Source: a virus. From it: 64,000 nt of DNA. This document shows positions 8,991 to 20,300 of the stretch, piece by piece. Positions within the stretch are counted from its first letter, which is position 1. Each line of letters opens with the position of its first letter. The notes under the pieces are model-generated. The model saw only the letters and a list, made by a program, of their open reading frames with translations, made no database searches and was not told the origin of the DNA. Both the position numbers and the translations under genes were made by a program. The stretch is from the IMG/VR virus record IMGVR_UViG_3300042878_002532, positions 49,294 to 113,293 of that record; one strand, given 5' to 3'.

Positions 8991-10334
8991 ATGCCAACTC
9001 AAAACGTAGGTACACTAGTAGGGGCTGCGATAAGGCCAATAGATGATGCAATGCCGATTGCTTCTGCATTTTCTTTTGAAATAAATGGAGGACATCACCA
9101 AGTTGCCACTTTGGTTGCTAGAGATGCCATAATTGTTCAAAGAAGACAATGGGGGATGTTGTGTACGGTTTATAACGATTCAACTTCTACAAACAATGCA
9201 ACATACCAACTTAAATATGGACATAACAATGGTAGTACCAATACTATGGATAACGCAAACTGGGTAGTTTTCTCAGGTGGTGGCGGTGCCGGTGGAAGTG
9301 CAAACTGGGTAGATCCTGTTCTTTCTGTTACAATGAGTACTCCTGGAATTTCGGCAGACGGAGATAGATATTTGGTTGGATTGGATGAGACTGCTTCGTT
9401 ATCTGGTAGTTTTGCCACACTTACTAATACTGGATATGTTGGAAACTTAGTTGGTGGATATATTGCTGAATATAACTCTAGTATAAGCAATTGGGTAACT
9501 ACATTACCAACCGATGGGATGACTCTAAGAGTCAATGATCAAGACAACTCATTTTATAGATATGAAGGAACTTATTCTACTGGTCAATGGTACAAAGAAA
9601 GAGTCAATCAAGTAAGATATCTTTCTGCGATTAGTGCAAATGGTGTTGATTATACTATAACCACTAATGATTTTTTTGAATACTCTACTGAAGTTGTATA
9701 TTTAGTTCAGTTTGGAACTGCTAACTCAGGAAGTACAGCTTCATTAAATATAAATGGTTTAGGTCAAACAAACATGAGAAAACAGAACGCACTTGGACTT
9801 TCTGATTTTTCTAAAAACGATTTGAATATTGTTGGAGTTTACAATCTTATATATGATGGAACTATTTTTAGAGTTGATCAACAAGCCGGAGAAGGTGGTG
9901 CTTTTACTTTAAAGTATAGGATTATCGATTCTGAAAGAATTGAAGTTCCTGCATATTCTGAATATTTACTTTATGGTGATTTAGAAGTAAATGGTATATT
10001 AGATATCAATGCTACTGGAAAAGTTGTTTTGGTAAATGGTGGATTGAATGTAAATGGTGGTACGGTTTCTAACTCAGGAAATATAGAATTTGTAACCGTT
10101 CCTCAGGCAGCATCGACTGGAGTTGCTGGATATGTTCCAAAATGGGCATCTACTACTGCAATATCTGCAACTTCTTCTATACAGGATAGTGGAACAAAAG
10201 TTACTTTGAGCTCTGTTTTGAATTTGACACCAAGTAGTCAACCTGCAACTGCTGCGGCTGGAGATATATACTTTGATAGTGGTACTAATAAGTTAAGAGC
10301 ATATGATGGTTCTGGTTGGAACGATCTTTGGTAA
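8991..10334 (+). CDS. Putative tail-fibre or structural protein
   Basis: G/S/T-rich; ANSGSTASLNINGLG and C-terminal AAGDIYFDSGTNKLRAYDGSGW segments are typical of fibre domains. Confidence 0.6.
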   Translation: MPTQNVGTLVGAAIRPIDDAMPIASAFSFEINGGHHQVATLVARDAIIVQRRQWGMLCTVYNDSTSTNNATYQLKYGHNNGSTNTMDNANWVVFSGGGGAGGSANWVDPVLSVTMSTPGISADGDRYLVGLDETASLSGSFATLTNTGYVGNLVGGYIAEYNSSISNWVTTLPTDGMTLRVNDQDNSFYRYEGTYSTGQWYKERVNQVRYLSAISANGVDYTITTNDFFEYSTEVVYLVQFGTANSGSTASLNINGLGQTNMRKQNALGLSDFSKNDLNIVGVYNLIYDGTIFRVDQQAGEGGAFTLKYRIIDSERIEVPAYSEYLLYGDLEVNGILDINATGKVVLVNGGLNVNGGTVSNSGNIEFVTVPQAASTGVAGYVPKWASTTAISATSSIQDSGTKVTLSSVLNLTPSSQPATAAAGDIYFDSGTNKLRAYDGSGWNDLW

Positions 10335-10335
10335 T

Positions 10336-10367
10336 AAAAAAAGTCCTTCATTTGAAGGACTTTTTTT
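10336..10367. terminator. Bidirectional terminator
   Basis: AAAAAAAGTCCTTCA-tt-TGAAGGACTTTTTTT. Confidence 0.8.
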
Positions 10368-10635
10368 ATGATATTATTTTAATAATATTTTCTAAGGAAA
10401 AACCATCTAATGGTTTGCCACCATTTTTAAGGTAGTCTCCATAGATGTTGTTATAGTCATCTATAGTATAGAACTTTGAATCTAAGTCACAAAATATAAC
10501 TGTAGTATCGTGTGCATTCACCGTTTTATTCTGAAGTCCTGTCTCTCCGTATCCTGGTCCCATAGGTCCAATCAGTTCGGTTCCGTTTACTTCTTCTTTT
10601 ATGAAATCTTCAAATCTTTTAATCATCATCCCCAT
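10366..10635 (-). CDS. Small protein with a capsid-targeting-like N-terminus
   Basis: MGMMIKRFEDFIKEE. Confidence 0.65.
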   Translation of the reverse strand: MGMMIKRFEDFIKEEVNGTELIGPMGPGYGETGLQNKTVNAHDTTVIFCDLDSKFYTIDDYNNIYGDYLKNGGKPLDGFSLENIIKIIS

Positions 10636-11083
10636 TACTTGCTTCTATTTTTTCAAAGTATTCGTCTTGTTCTTGAAGAGAATATTCGTCTTTTTTGATA
10701 TTGTATATTATGTTGTACAAAAATCTGTCATCTAATCTATGTTTTTCACCACCTTTCATTGTTATGGTACATACATCGTCTTCAAAAACATTTTCAATCT
10801 TACTTATTTGAAGTCCAAACTTTCCATATTTGTCGTGAAGATTACATATAACTATTCTTTTTTCCTTTAAAAGGTCGTCTATTCTAGAATATGTCGAATT
10901 CTTTGATAGATACATGAAATCTTTCATGTAGTCCTCTCTTGTATGCTGATAGAGGTTCAGGAAATTTATTTCCTTATCAGAAAGCTTCTTGCTGCTGTTT
11001 ATCTTATCTAAGATACGGTTCAGCTCTATTTCTTTAATAGATTCGCCGAGAAGGTAATACTTTATGAGTTTTTTTATTTTCAT
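10619..11083 (-). CDS. Hypothetical protein with a DUF6576-like motif
   Basis: ELNRILDKINSSKKLSDKEINFL; start is at 11083 or 11104. Confidence 0.6.
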   Translation of the reverse strand: MKIKKLIKYYLLGESIKEIELNRILDKINSSKKLSDKEINFLNLYQHTREDYMKDFMYLSKNSTYSRIDDLLKEKRIVICNLHDKYGKFGLQISKIENVFEDDVCTITMKGGEKHRLDDRFLYNIIYNIKKDEYSLQEQDEYFEKIEASNGDDD

Positions 11084-11163
11084 GTCGCTATTATTTTCTA
11101 TCATATATATTAAGAAGTGTAAACGATTTTTATATATAGTTTATACTAAAATTATATAATCTA

Positions 11164-14100
11164 ATGGATCAAAAGTTACTTAGTGCATTAAACAATTTAT
11201 CCGAAGGCCTGGAGGCCATCGCAGAGGCACTTAAAGAAAGTGGGGGTAGTGGTAATAAATCTGCCACTACTTCCGCACTACAAGGTGGAAGTTTTACTAA
11301 AGAGATTCAGGAAATAAATGTTGGTGTCAAGCAATTGATGAAAGATTCTAAACAGATTCTGAAGAACCAAGAAACTATAATAAGTTTATCTAAGAAGTCT
11401 GCAGGTGATAAAAAGAGTGACTTTGAAAAGGCGGGTGGTGATAAGAAGAAAGAAAGCCAGATTAAAAAAGGTATTGGAACTATATTGCTTATTGCAGTTG
11501 CTGTACTTGCCATAGGAATGGCATTTAAACTTGTTGGTAAAATTGATTTTCTATCGGTTGTAGGTTTAGGATTAGCCATGTTGATAATGTCTGAGGCGTT
11601 TGTAAAAATAGCCAAAACAAAAATGACTATAAAAGAGGCTGCTATTGCATCACTTGCAATGGTTATGATGGCAATTGCCGTTACTCTTTCATCATGGGTA
11701 TTAAAAATGATTAGTCCAATCGGAATAGCACAGTTACTAACGGGTATTGCAATAACTGCAATGTTTTATATTATGGCTCCTAAATTCGCGATGTTATTGA
11801 ATGCTGTTAATAATAGCTTCAAAAAAGTGAGTTATGCAGACATAATCAAAGTTACTGTAATCTTAGTTGCTATGTCTGTGGCGATAACTCTTTCATCATG
11901 GGTATTGAGATTAATCACACCATTGAGTCTTGGACAGATTATAACGGGTATTGGTATAACCGTGATGTTCTATGTTGTGTCTAACTTTTTACCTAAGCTT
12001 GCCATTTCGGTAATCGCGGTTAGTAAAATAATGAGTAAAAAAGACTTGGCGTTGTTGCCAATCATGTTGGTTGCATTTTCTATTGCGATAACACTTTCGT
12101 CATGGATATTGAGAATGATTGCACCAATGTCGTTTGGACAAATAATAACAGGGATTGCAATAACTGCGATGTTCTGGATTGTATCTAACTTCTTGCCTAA
12201 GCTTGCACTTGCTGTAATCGCGGTTAGTAAAATAATGAGTAAAAAGGACTTAGTTTTACTACCACTTATGATGGTTGCATTTTCTATCGCGATTATGCTT
12301 TCTTCTTTAATATTAAAATTGATTCAACCACTATCGTTTGGTCAGATAATAACAACAATAGTTGTTACTGCAGTATTTTGGGCAATTTCGATGTTTTTAA
12401 CAGATATCGCAATTGGTGTTATAATGGTTGATAAAATATTGGGTAAAAATAAAATATGGATGATTCCATTGGTTTATGTTGCGATATCTGCTGCCATAAT
12501 GGTTGCCGGTTTCCTTTTCTCGATGACTCCAGAATTGGGTTGGAAACAAATGGTTGGTATTCTATTGATTGGTTTGATATTTGCTGGATTGGCTTATGTT
12601 ATGCCTGATATGGCGATTGGTCTTGTTATCATGGAGAAGGCCTTGGGTAAAGGTAAAATGTGGTTGATTCCTTTGGTTTATGTTGCGATTGCTGCTGCCA
12701 TAATGGTTTCGTCTCACATTCTTAATGCTAGTGCTGAAATACCTTGGATGAAGCTACTTAACATATTGGTATTCTCTGTTGTATTAGTGATTGCAGTTGC
12801 TTTAATCGGATTACTATCTTTACTTTTAGTCAAAGTTATTGGATTAACCACTATACTAAAAGGATCTCTTTGTATTGTGGCTATAGCCACTTCAATAATG
12901 TTGGCATCATGGCTTCTTACTAAGGGTAGTTATAAAAAATATCCTGATTGGAAATGGGTACTTTTTGCAGCATTGGCAATTGTGGTATTTGGTTTAATAG
13001 GATGGTTATTGATGAAGATTGGTAGTCTCAGTACGTATATAAAGGGTGGTATTGCCATATTGGCGGTTGCTACTACTATTATGTTGACTTCGCATATAAT
13101 AAATGCTGGAAACTATAAAAAATATCCTAAACTGGCTTGGTCTCTAGGTGTTGGTGCTGCATTGTTGGCATTTGGTTTGGCTGCGGTTGGATTGGGGTTA
13201 GTGATGATGTTTGATGGTGGTTTATCTCTTTTATTAGGTTCTCTTGGTATTTTAGGAGTATCTGCAACTATAGTTGCTGCCTCACACATACTTGCTCAGG
13301 GTAAATATGGTAAATTTCCTTCACTTGGATGGTCTGTTTCTGTTGGTTTAGCATTGGCTGCCTTTGGTGGTGGAATGGTTCTTTTGGGTGGTCTTATAAT
13401 AGCATCTTTTGGTATTGGTGGTCTTATGCTTGCAGCAGGTGCTAAGGCTGTTTTGAAGGTCGCAGAAACTATAGTAAAGTCATCACACATATTAGCCAAA
13501 GGAAATTGGAAAAAGGGTCCTACGGTTGAATGGGCATCGGGAGTTGCAATTGCACTTGGTGCTTTTGCACCAATCTATAGTATGTTGTTGGAAAACGCAC
13601 CTGGACTTTTCAGTGCGGGTGGTGGTGTTGGTCCAGACGATTTTGCAAGGGCCATAGTAACCGTTAGTAAGGGTATAATGACTGCAGCGGCTGAATTCGC
13701 CTCTCCTAAGAATAAAAGTGTTTGGAAAGGTGGACCTACACAAGCTTGGGCGACTGGTGTTGGTATAGCATTAGGTGCATTCGCCCCAGTTTATATGATG
13801 TTGCTTAACAATGCACCTGGTATATTCAGTAAGGGTGGTGGTGTCGGACCTGAAGATTTTGCAAAGGCAGTTATGACGGTTTCTAGAGGTATAATAGCAG
13901 CTGCTGGAGTATTTGCGTTAAATACCGCACAATTCGAAGAAGGTAAATATCCTTCTGTTAAATGGGGTCAAGGTGTAGGTGCTGCACTTAATGCCTTTGC
14001 TCCTGTATTTACCGCGTTGAGTAAAGATACTGGTTGGTTTACATCGGGTGATGAGGTTATAACCAACATGGTAAGTGGTGTCATTAGACTAGCGGGTGCC

Positions 14101-15330
14101 ATCGTCACAGTTGCACAAATATTCGAATGGGCTAAGATGAAGTGGGATTCAGCTCCTAGTAAAAATTGGTCATGGAATGTCGGAGTTGCCGTTAGGTCAT
14201 ATGCAAAATTGGCTTCTGATATAAGTAAAAATACGGACTTTTTTGGTATAGGATTGTCTTTGCCTGTTAAAATCGTATCTTCAATTATTTCTGTAGGACA
14301 TATTATACAAAAAAACAAAAAGGCACTAACAAGTTATTTGAATCCTGCATTTGTGCCTATTTTGGCAGTAAGTGTTAGGGGTTATGTTAGGTTAACTGAC
14401 TTTGTTGCAAAAAGTGCTGGTATGTTAATGAACGAAAGTGGTGTTAGAACCGTTGCTGTTCAGATGGCCACTACTGCCAAAATATTAGAAAAAAACAAAA
14501 AGTATTTCTCTTATTTGATTCCGAGAAACTTTATAGCCAATTTGGCACCTAACTTATTAGGGTATGCTACAATGGCAAGGGCTTTGGAGAAGATGATGAC
14601 GATTACCGAAAAGAAATTCATACCTTTAAGTGCATTGGGTGGAACCGACGTTAGTTATAAGACTACTAGACCTGCAGATATTTCTATTGTCAATAGAGTT
14701 GCTGCACAGATGTCTTTGACTGCAGCTATTATTGGTAAGAATGCTAAATATTTCAATACTAAAATAGATCCTAACTTCATGAAATCGGTAGGGTCAAATC
14801 TTTTCTATTATATGACTATTGCTAAAAAACTACAATCACAACAAAGTTTTGGATCTATGATAAAAAGTGCTTTTGGTCTTGATCCTATGAGTCAAATGGC
14901 AAATGGTATGATTAAACTTGCCAAAGGATATGATAGTCTTGCATCTTCCATAAAAAAGATGGGTTCTGCAATGAGCCAAATCAACGACAAGAAGCTTTCA
15001 CAGATGGAAAGAATGGCTAGACTGGGTAGAAGTCAGAACCAAAGTAAAGGATTCTTAGGTTCTCTTGGTGAGGCTGCTGGTTCTGTTGTTGGTGCTGTGG
15101 GTGGACTTGTTGGTGGTGCTCTCAATATGGTTACTCCTGGTGGTGGTCCTGGATCTAAATCAAGTAGTAGAGAAAAGGAAAAAGTTGGTAAATATGGTAA
15201 TGTTAACAAACAGAATGATATGATTATAGAACTACTTATGGAATTGAATAGTAAGATTGGTGCAGGTTCAAATATCGATACTGCTATGTTGAAAAAGTTG
15301 AACGAGAAAAAAGATTCTAAACTTCAGTAA
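11164..15330 (+). CDS. Large multi-pass membrane repeat protein; candidate tape-measure or ejection-channel protein
   Basis: 1388 aa with many hydrophobic helices in approximately 68-aa repeats (DNA repeat at 12010 and 12214) and helical termini; TATATA upstream. Confidence 0.55.
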   Translation: MDQKLLSALNNLSEGLEAIAEALKESGGSGNKSATTSALQGGSFTKEIQEINVGVKQLMKDSKQILKNQETIISLSKKSAGDKKSDFEKAGGDKKKESQIKKGIGTILLIAVAVLAIGMAFKLVGKIDFLSVVGLGLAMLIMSEAFVKIAKTKMTIKEAAIASLAMVMMAIAVTLSSWVLKMISPIGIAQLLTGIAITAMFYIMAPKFAMLLNAVNNSFKKVSYADIIKVTVILVAMSVAITLSSWVLRLITPLSLGQIITGIGITVMFYVVSNFLPKLAISVIAVSKIMSKKDLALLPIMLVAFSIAITLSSWILRMIAPMSFGQIITGIAITAMFWIVSNFLPKLALAVIAVSKIMSKKDLVLLPLMMVAFSIAIMLSSLILKLIQPLSFGQIITTIVVTAVFWAISMFLTDIAIGVIMVDKILGKNKIWMIPLVYVAISAAIMVAGFLFSMTPELGWKQMVGILLIGLIFAGLAYVMPDMAIGLVIMEKALGKGKMWLIPLVYVAIAAAIMVSSHILNASAEIPWMKLLNILVFSVVLVIAVALIGLLSLLLVKVIGLTTILKGSLCIVAIATSIMLASWLLTKGSYKKYPDWKWVLFAALAIVVFGLIGWLLMKIGSLSTYIKGGIAILAVATTIMLTSHIINAGNYKKYPKLAWSLGVGAALLAFGLAAVGLGLVMMFDGGLSLLLGSLGILGVSATIVAASHILAQGKYGKFPSLGWSVSVGLALAAFGGGMVLLGGLIIASFGIGGLMLAAGAKAVLKVAETIVKSSHILAKGNWKKGPTVEWASGVAIALGAFAPIYSMLLENAPGLFSAGGGVGPDDFARAIVTVSKGIMTAAAEFASPKNKSVWKGGPTQAWATGVGIALGAFAPVYMMLLNNAPGIFSKGGGVGPEDFAKAVMTVSRGIIAAAGVFALNTAQFEEGKYPSVKWGQGVGAALNAFAPVFTALSKDTGWFTSGDEVITNMVSGVIRLAGAIVTVAQIFEWAKMKWDSAPSKNWSWNVGVAVRSYAKLASDISKNTDFFGIGLSLPVKIVSSIISVGHIIQKNKKALTSYLNPAFVPILAVSVRGYVRLTDFVAKSAGMLMNESGVRTVAVQMATTAKILEKNKKYFSYLIPRNFIANLAPNLLGYATMARALEKMMTITEKKFIPLSALGGTDVSYKTTRPADISIVNRVAAQMSLTAAIIGKNAKYFNTKIDPNFMKSVGSNLFYYMTIAKKLQSQQSFGSMIKSAFGLDPMSQMANGMIKLAKGYDSLASSIKKMGSAMSQINDKKLSQMERMARLGRSQNQSKGFLGSLGEAAGSVVGAVGGLVGGALNMVTPGGGPGSKSSSREKEKVGKYGNVNKQNDMIIELLMELNSKIGAGSNIDTAMLKKLNEKKDSKLQ

Positions 15331-15359
15331 ACAATTTGATTGTTATTCATATAATAGAT

Positions 15360-15794
15360 ATGAATAAAAATGTTTCCATCTTTAAAAAGATTAGACTTTT
15401 CTCTTTTTATAAAAAAGTTATCAAAGAAAATAGTGAAGAGCTTGAGAGAAACTTTGGCCTTAGAGTTGATAAGGCACAAAGGTTATATACCGTTCTAAAC
15501 ATTCCTGAAGAAATAATAGGAGAGTCTTTTTCTCTTAAAAAATCTGATATCGATCGTATATCAGAAAACTATATAAAAGAGTATAACACCGAAGTAAACC
15601 GTATATTAAATGCAAAGGGACTTGGAGAGCTTTTTGGTCTTTATGAGGTTAAAAAGGTTGATAAGTACTCATATTTGGTGGTTATCGGATATTCACTTTT
15701 CAAAAGTAATGAGTATTATAATAAACTATATTGGAGAGTATATCCTATTATTGGGATAGTATCAATCATTACTACAATTTTACTACTTGTTTAG
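15360..15794 (+). CDS. Hypothetical protein with a C-terminal transmembrane helix
   Basis: Ends VYPIIGIVSIITTILLLV. Confidence 0.7.
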   Translation: MNKNVSIFKKIRLFSFYKKVIKENSEELERNFGLRVDKAQRLYTVLNIPEEIIGESFSLKKSDIDRISENYIKEYNTEVNRILNAKGLGELFGLYEVKKVDKYSYLVVIGYSLFKSNEYYNKLYWRVYPIIGIVSIITTILLLV

Positions 15795-15822
15795 TAAACT
15801 TTTAATCAAAAATGTATTATAA
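15795..15822 (+). promoter_or_regulatory. Putative middle-class promoter TAAAC-N18-TATAA
   Basis: The same bipartite motif and spacing occur at 26294, 48296 and 50892. Confidence 0.6.
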
Positions 15823-15846
15823 ATAAAAATTCAAAATATAAAAATT

Positions 15847-16293
15847 ATGGCAAAAGAAACAGCAGAAGCATTCTATGAGTTAGATGAGACAACAGAAGAG
15901 CTTTTTATGGATGTCTTCAACAAGAAGTCGTTTCCGGTTAATGTTAACTTTCAATTTATTGGGAGCTCTAAACAAAAGCAATTGATAAAAGTAGCTAAAA
16001 TCGCGGATGATTTTGCCTTTGTTCTTAAAAAAGAACTTAAAGTTATCATCAATGAAGATCTTTTAAACGTATTTGATGAAGAGTCTATAACTATTCTTAT
16101 CGAGCAAGAGATTGATAAAATCAATATCAATATGGAAAGTGGTAAGATTAAGTTGGTAGGAACAGATTTAAACACATTTTCTTCTATTGTAAACAAATAT
16201 GGTGTTGAGAAAGTAGCAAGAGCTAACAAAGTTGAAGAACTTTATAGTGAACAACAAAAAGATGCTAAGACAGACGAAGAATTTATTATCTAA
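15847..16293 (+). CDS. Hypothetical protein (possible degenerate phage metallopeptidase fold)
   Basis: VIINEDLLNVFDEESITILIEQEI resembles that family but has no HExxH. Confidence 0.55.
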   Translation: MAKETAEAFYELDETTEELFMDVFNKKSFPVNVNFQFIGSSKQKQLIKVAKIADDFAFVLKKELKVIINEDLLNVFDEESITILIEQEIDKININMESGKIKLVGTDLNTFSSIVNKYGVEKVARANKVEELYSEQQKDAKTDEEFII

Positions 16294-16295
16294 TC

Positions 16296-16553
16296 ATGAG
16301 TATTATAACTAAAAAATACGTATCTGCGCTTCAAAAAAGATACGAAGCTGAGATGGCTGAGGCAGAAGCAAACATAGCACTTTATCTATCTGGTCATAAT
16401 CTTGCAGCAATCGGAGAGCACTCTGATTTGATGGAAGAACAAGATAAGTGGATCGAAAAATATACGAATGCTAAAGATAAATTGGAAACTTTAAAATCTT
16501 TGGATTTGAATGATTCGGATTTAGATAAAAAGTCGGAAAGAATTAACAGCTAG
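16296..16553 (+). CDS. Small helical phage protein
   Basis: EAEANIALYL...AIGEHSDL...AKDKLETL pattern. Confidence 0.65.
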   Translation: MSIITKKYVSALQKRYEAEMAEAEANIALYLSGHNLAAIGEHSDLMEEQDKWIEKYTNAKDKLETLKSLDLNDSDLDKKSERINS

Positions 16554-16578
16554 GCTGTACAAAAATAAAAACAAAAAT

Positions 16579-17265
16579 ATGTCAAATATTGAAACAAACG
16601 TAGTAAAACCAGAGATTAAATTCTTTGAAAATAACACTGAGAATTTAGTTATTGATCCTATCAATGAAGTTATTTTAGATAGTAAAATCAAATCTATCGA
16701 AGACTATATGGTCAACAATGATGGAACTAATAAAAGTGATGAAGAAAAAGATAATCTTTATAAAGTATCACAAGGATTTTGGAAAGAGTATACTGATGCT
16801 TTAAGAGATGCTAAATACAACTTCCATCTTAATAGAGTTCAATGGAAATTCTTAACAGATTTAATCTTACAAAAATTAGAGTATGATGTAAACACTGTTT
16901 TCTTCGCAATCGAATTAACTGAGTTATTGGGAACAATGAGAGATGTTAAATATACAAACGATGATGAGTTAATCGCTTTCCCTGTTAATGCAACAGAAAT
17001 CACTTACATCTACCATTTAATATCAAAACATAAAGTTAAAGGTCTTACTAAAGATTCTTATACATTCTCTAAAGTTTTGATGAGAATAGGAACTATTAGT
17101 AAACTTTTCAACTATTACGATTCTTATGCAAAAAGTTTATCTACAGATATCCAGGATTGGGTTGCTTCTTTTGAAGAAGGTATCATTGCAGAAGGTGTTG
17201 AGAAAAAGAAAAGAAAATCAGAAACAGTTGAAGCTACGGTAATCGAACCAAGTTCAAACAACTAA
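16579..17265 (+). CDS. Hypothetical protein
   Basis: 228-aa ORF followed by a hairpin. Confidence 0.75.
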   Translation: MSNIETNVVKPEIKFFENNTENLVIDPINEVILDSKIKSIEDYMVNNDGTNKSDEEKDNLYKVSQGFWKEYTDALRDAKYNFHLNRVQWKFLTDLILQKLEYDVNTVFFAIELTELLGTMRDVKYTNDDELIAFPVNATEITYIYHLISKHKVKGLTKDSYTFSKVLMRIGTISKLFNYYDSYAKSLSTDIQDWVASFEEGIIAEGVEKKKRKSETVEATVIEPSSNN

Positions 17266-17283
17266 TCATTGATTTAGTTTAAT

Positions 17284-17314
17284 AAAAAAGCCTTTAGATT
17301 TTCTAAAGGCTTTT
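17284..17314. terminator. Bidirectional terminator
   Basis: AAAAAAGCCTTTAGA-tt-TTCTAAAGGCTTTT. Confidence 0.8.
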
Positions 17315-17317
17315 CTT

Positions 17318-20300
17318 TTAATATACTGGCTCAATCGGAGTAAATGGTCCGATTATGTCTCTCATTCCTGAAGAATCAACTAAATCTTTTATTCCACGTA
17401 TTTCGTAGTTTTTTCTGTCTCTATAAACTGCCCCATATCCATTTTCTGAAGATATCTCTATTACAATGAATGGATCTATGTTAGAATCTAACGCAAAGTT
17501 GAATGGTGCTATTATTGGTGTTTTATGTGGACCATTTTCTTTCATAGAAATAATAGAATGTGTTGCACCGACTTTTGGTGGTGGAAGTATTCTTCTATAT
17601 TCGTCTATTGTCTGTACCGGTTCTAAATCTATTTCTAACCACTCTGTTATATTCAACCAATTTTGGTCATCTCCTTGGTCTAATACCGGTGGTATTGCAG
17701 AATAAGTTGCACCAAGTCCACTATAAACAAACATCTCTCTATTATATTTTACTATGTTTGTTACTCCATATGTTCCATTTGCATCCCAATCTTCCACATC
17801 TTCATTTTTTCTTGGACTTTTAACCTTATTGTTGTCTTGTGCAGACTCATATATCTTTCCATAATAAGTTACTTTATCACCTTTCATATAGTTTGTAAAT
17901 GGTGCCCATTCTTTATATGTTTTATATGTTCTAATCTTTATAGTAAAGTATTCTGGTAGAACCATATTTTCTTTAAACTCATAATATGGTCTTGGTGGTG
18001 GAACTAAACCTGTTGGATTTTTGTCTGCACCTACTCCATCTACTATAGTATAGAAGTCTAATACACAGTTGTAGACGGTAGATCCACTATTAACCGGCAT
18101 CAAATAAGCTTCGTTTAGTTTAAATGATATTGGTGTCATACTTTCTCTTATGTTGACTATTCTCATATCATGAACTCTATGAGTAATCTGTGTACCACCT
18201 GTAAAGTAAGCTCTTCCTGTTATGTCTAGTATTTTGTGAGTTAGTGGAATTATATTACTTTTCAACCAGAATTTTAATCCTTGTAGTTTTATCGTTATAT
18301 CATCTATACTATATCCAAGTAAATTGTTTCCTTCTTTGTCTGTTATAAAGTATGTTAGATTGAATAGGTTTGTCTCTTCAAAGTTCTCGTTTGGAAAAGT
18401 ATGCTTTACAAAGTCGTTTTCTGTCCATCCTTCCACAGAGTTGTCAAATATATCTGGTATTTCTACTTTGAATAGTTTTAAAAAGTTTTCTGAAGTAGTA
18501 TTTATATTTCTATAGTATTCGTTTAGTTGTAAATCGTTGTATCCAAAGAAGTTTATTGCGTTTATTATGGATTTGTATGATCCAATATAAGGATATATCA
18601 AATGCTTCATCATCAAAAGTTCTTTTCTCTTCATGTTTAAGAAGTTCCAATCTACACCACCTTCTAATATGTCATAATCTTTAAATATGAATATCTCATT
18701 ATGACCTATATTTTTTCCTACATTTCCTAATTCTATTTTGAATCTTGGATCTTCTATTTCAGTCTGTCCTATTGTTTTAAATCTAGCAATCTCTCTATCT
18801 GTAACAAATAAAGTTGTTTTTAGGTATGTAGTTGTTCCTGATTTTGGATAGTCGGTTATTACAGTTTTTTCACTTTCAAAGAAGTCTAAATCTATGTTAA
18901 AGAAATCTACTATTATAGTTTTGTTGTAGATTTCTGATATCTTAACTACATATCCACTATTTGTTGATATGTACTGATTTTTAGTATTTGTTATATCCTT
19001 TATTTCGATTCCTAAATATTGTCCTACTTTCAAACCTTTACCTATAAAAGTCTCTTCTGACATCATGTTGAGTTTTATTTGTCCTCTTTTGTATCCGTCT
19101 GAAGTAAGTGTGTCAAATGATATAATAGTGTCATTTGTAGGAGTACTGGTGATACTAAACTCTACTTCTTCTCTTTTATAAAGTTGTAAAAATGAACTAT
19201 ATGCACCTTCTTCGGGTGCTTTAAATCCTAAGAATAGTTGAAGTGGTGTTGGCTCTGTAGAAACATCATCTTGGTCATCTATGTAACTAAGTTCATATTC
19301 AACACTATCAAAAACGATTTGTTGATATTCAGGTAAATCCACTTTGTTTATGTCTCTGTTAGGATATTTGTTTAAAGGAACATCTTTGAATGGTTTTGGT
19401 CCTTTATATGTATAAGGACCTGTCTTTTCAAGTTGCTCTCCGCTCAAATCATATATGAAGAATTCTGGATTTTCATCTGTCAACCATCTCCAATAGTATT
19501 TTACTGCAACATCACCTTCAAAGTTTTCTCTTGGTCTTCTGACACATTCATATGCCTTTACCCAAAGTTCTGTTGGTTTTACGTAATTTGGATTTAAAGT
19601 ACCAAATTGTCCTTCGTCTATCGAACTTCCTGTTACTCCAATTATGTCAACTATACTATTTACGGTTGGTTTTATTACAAAAACATTTGCCATCGATGGT
19701 TGTAAAGTCCATATAGATTTGTCTTCTGGGTTGTATAGTATTCTTTTACTTATGGCTGGCGTCGTTTCTGTATGAACCACTACTCCATTTGCAGAATCCA
19801 CAACACAAACTGTGCTTGTTGTATCCGATGCTAAATATACACCACCATCATATTGGTTTAGTGCCATTCTACCATATATTGATGGATTTCTATCTATGTT
19901 TATGGTATTGTCTGTAAGATTCAAAGATCTGAATCTAAAAGTCTTGTCAGAAACGTTCATCTCGCCTGTAAGGTTGTTGTAAATTACATCCACAAACTCA
20001 CTCATGGTCATTCCTGGTACTGATGCAGTCAGTCCATTATCTATTCTCCAAAGTTGTGCATCTGCATAAACATATACAGATTCGTTTACTGGTTCATAGA
20101 ATATAGAAGATTGTGCAAGATCAGGAATATTGTAAGATGTTTGTATATCTCTCGTTGCACCATTTACTCTAATCAATAAATCTGCGTCGGTAGTTATGTA
20201 TATGTCTTTTTCAAACTCGTTGTATACCATTTTCCCTGTTTTTGTGTCTGTAGGTGATGGTGTTGTGAGATTTGTTATTAAAACGTTTTTATAACTGAAT

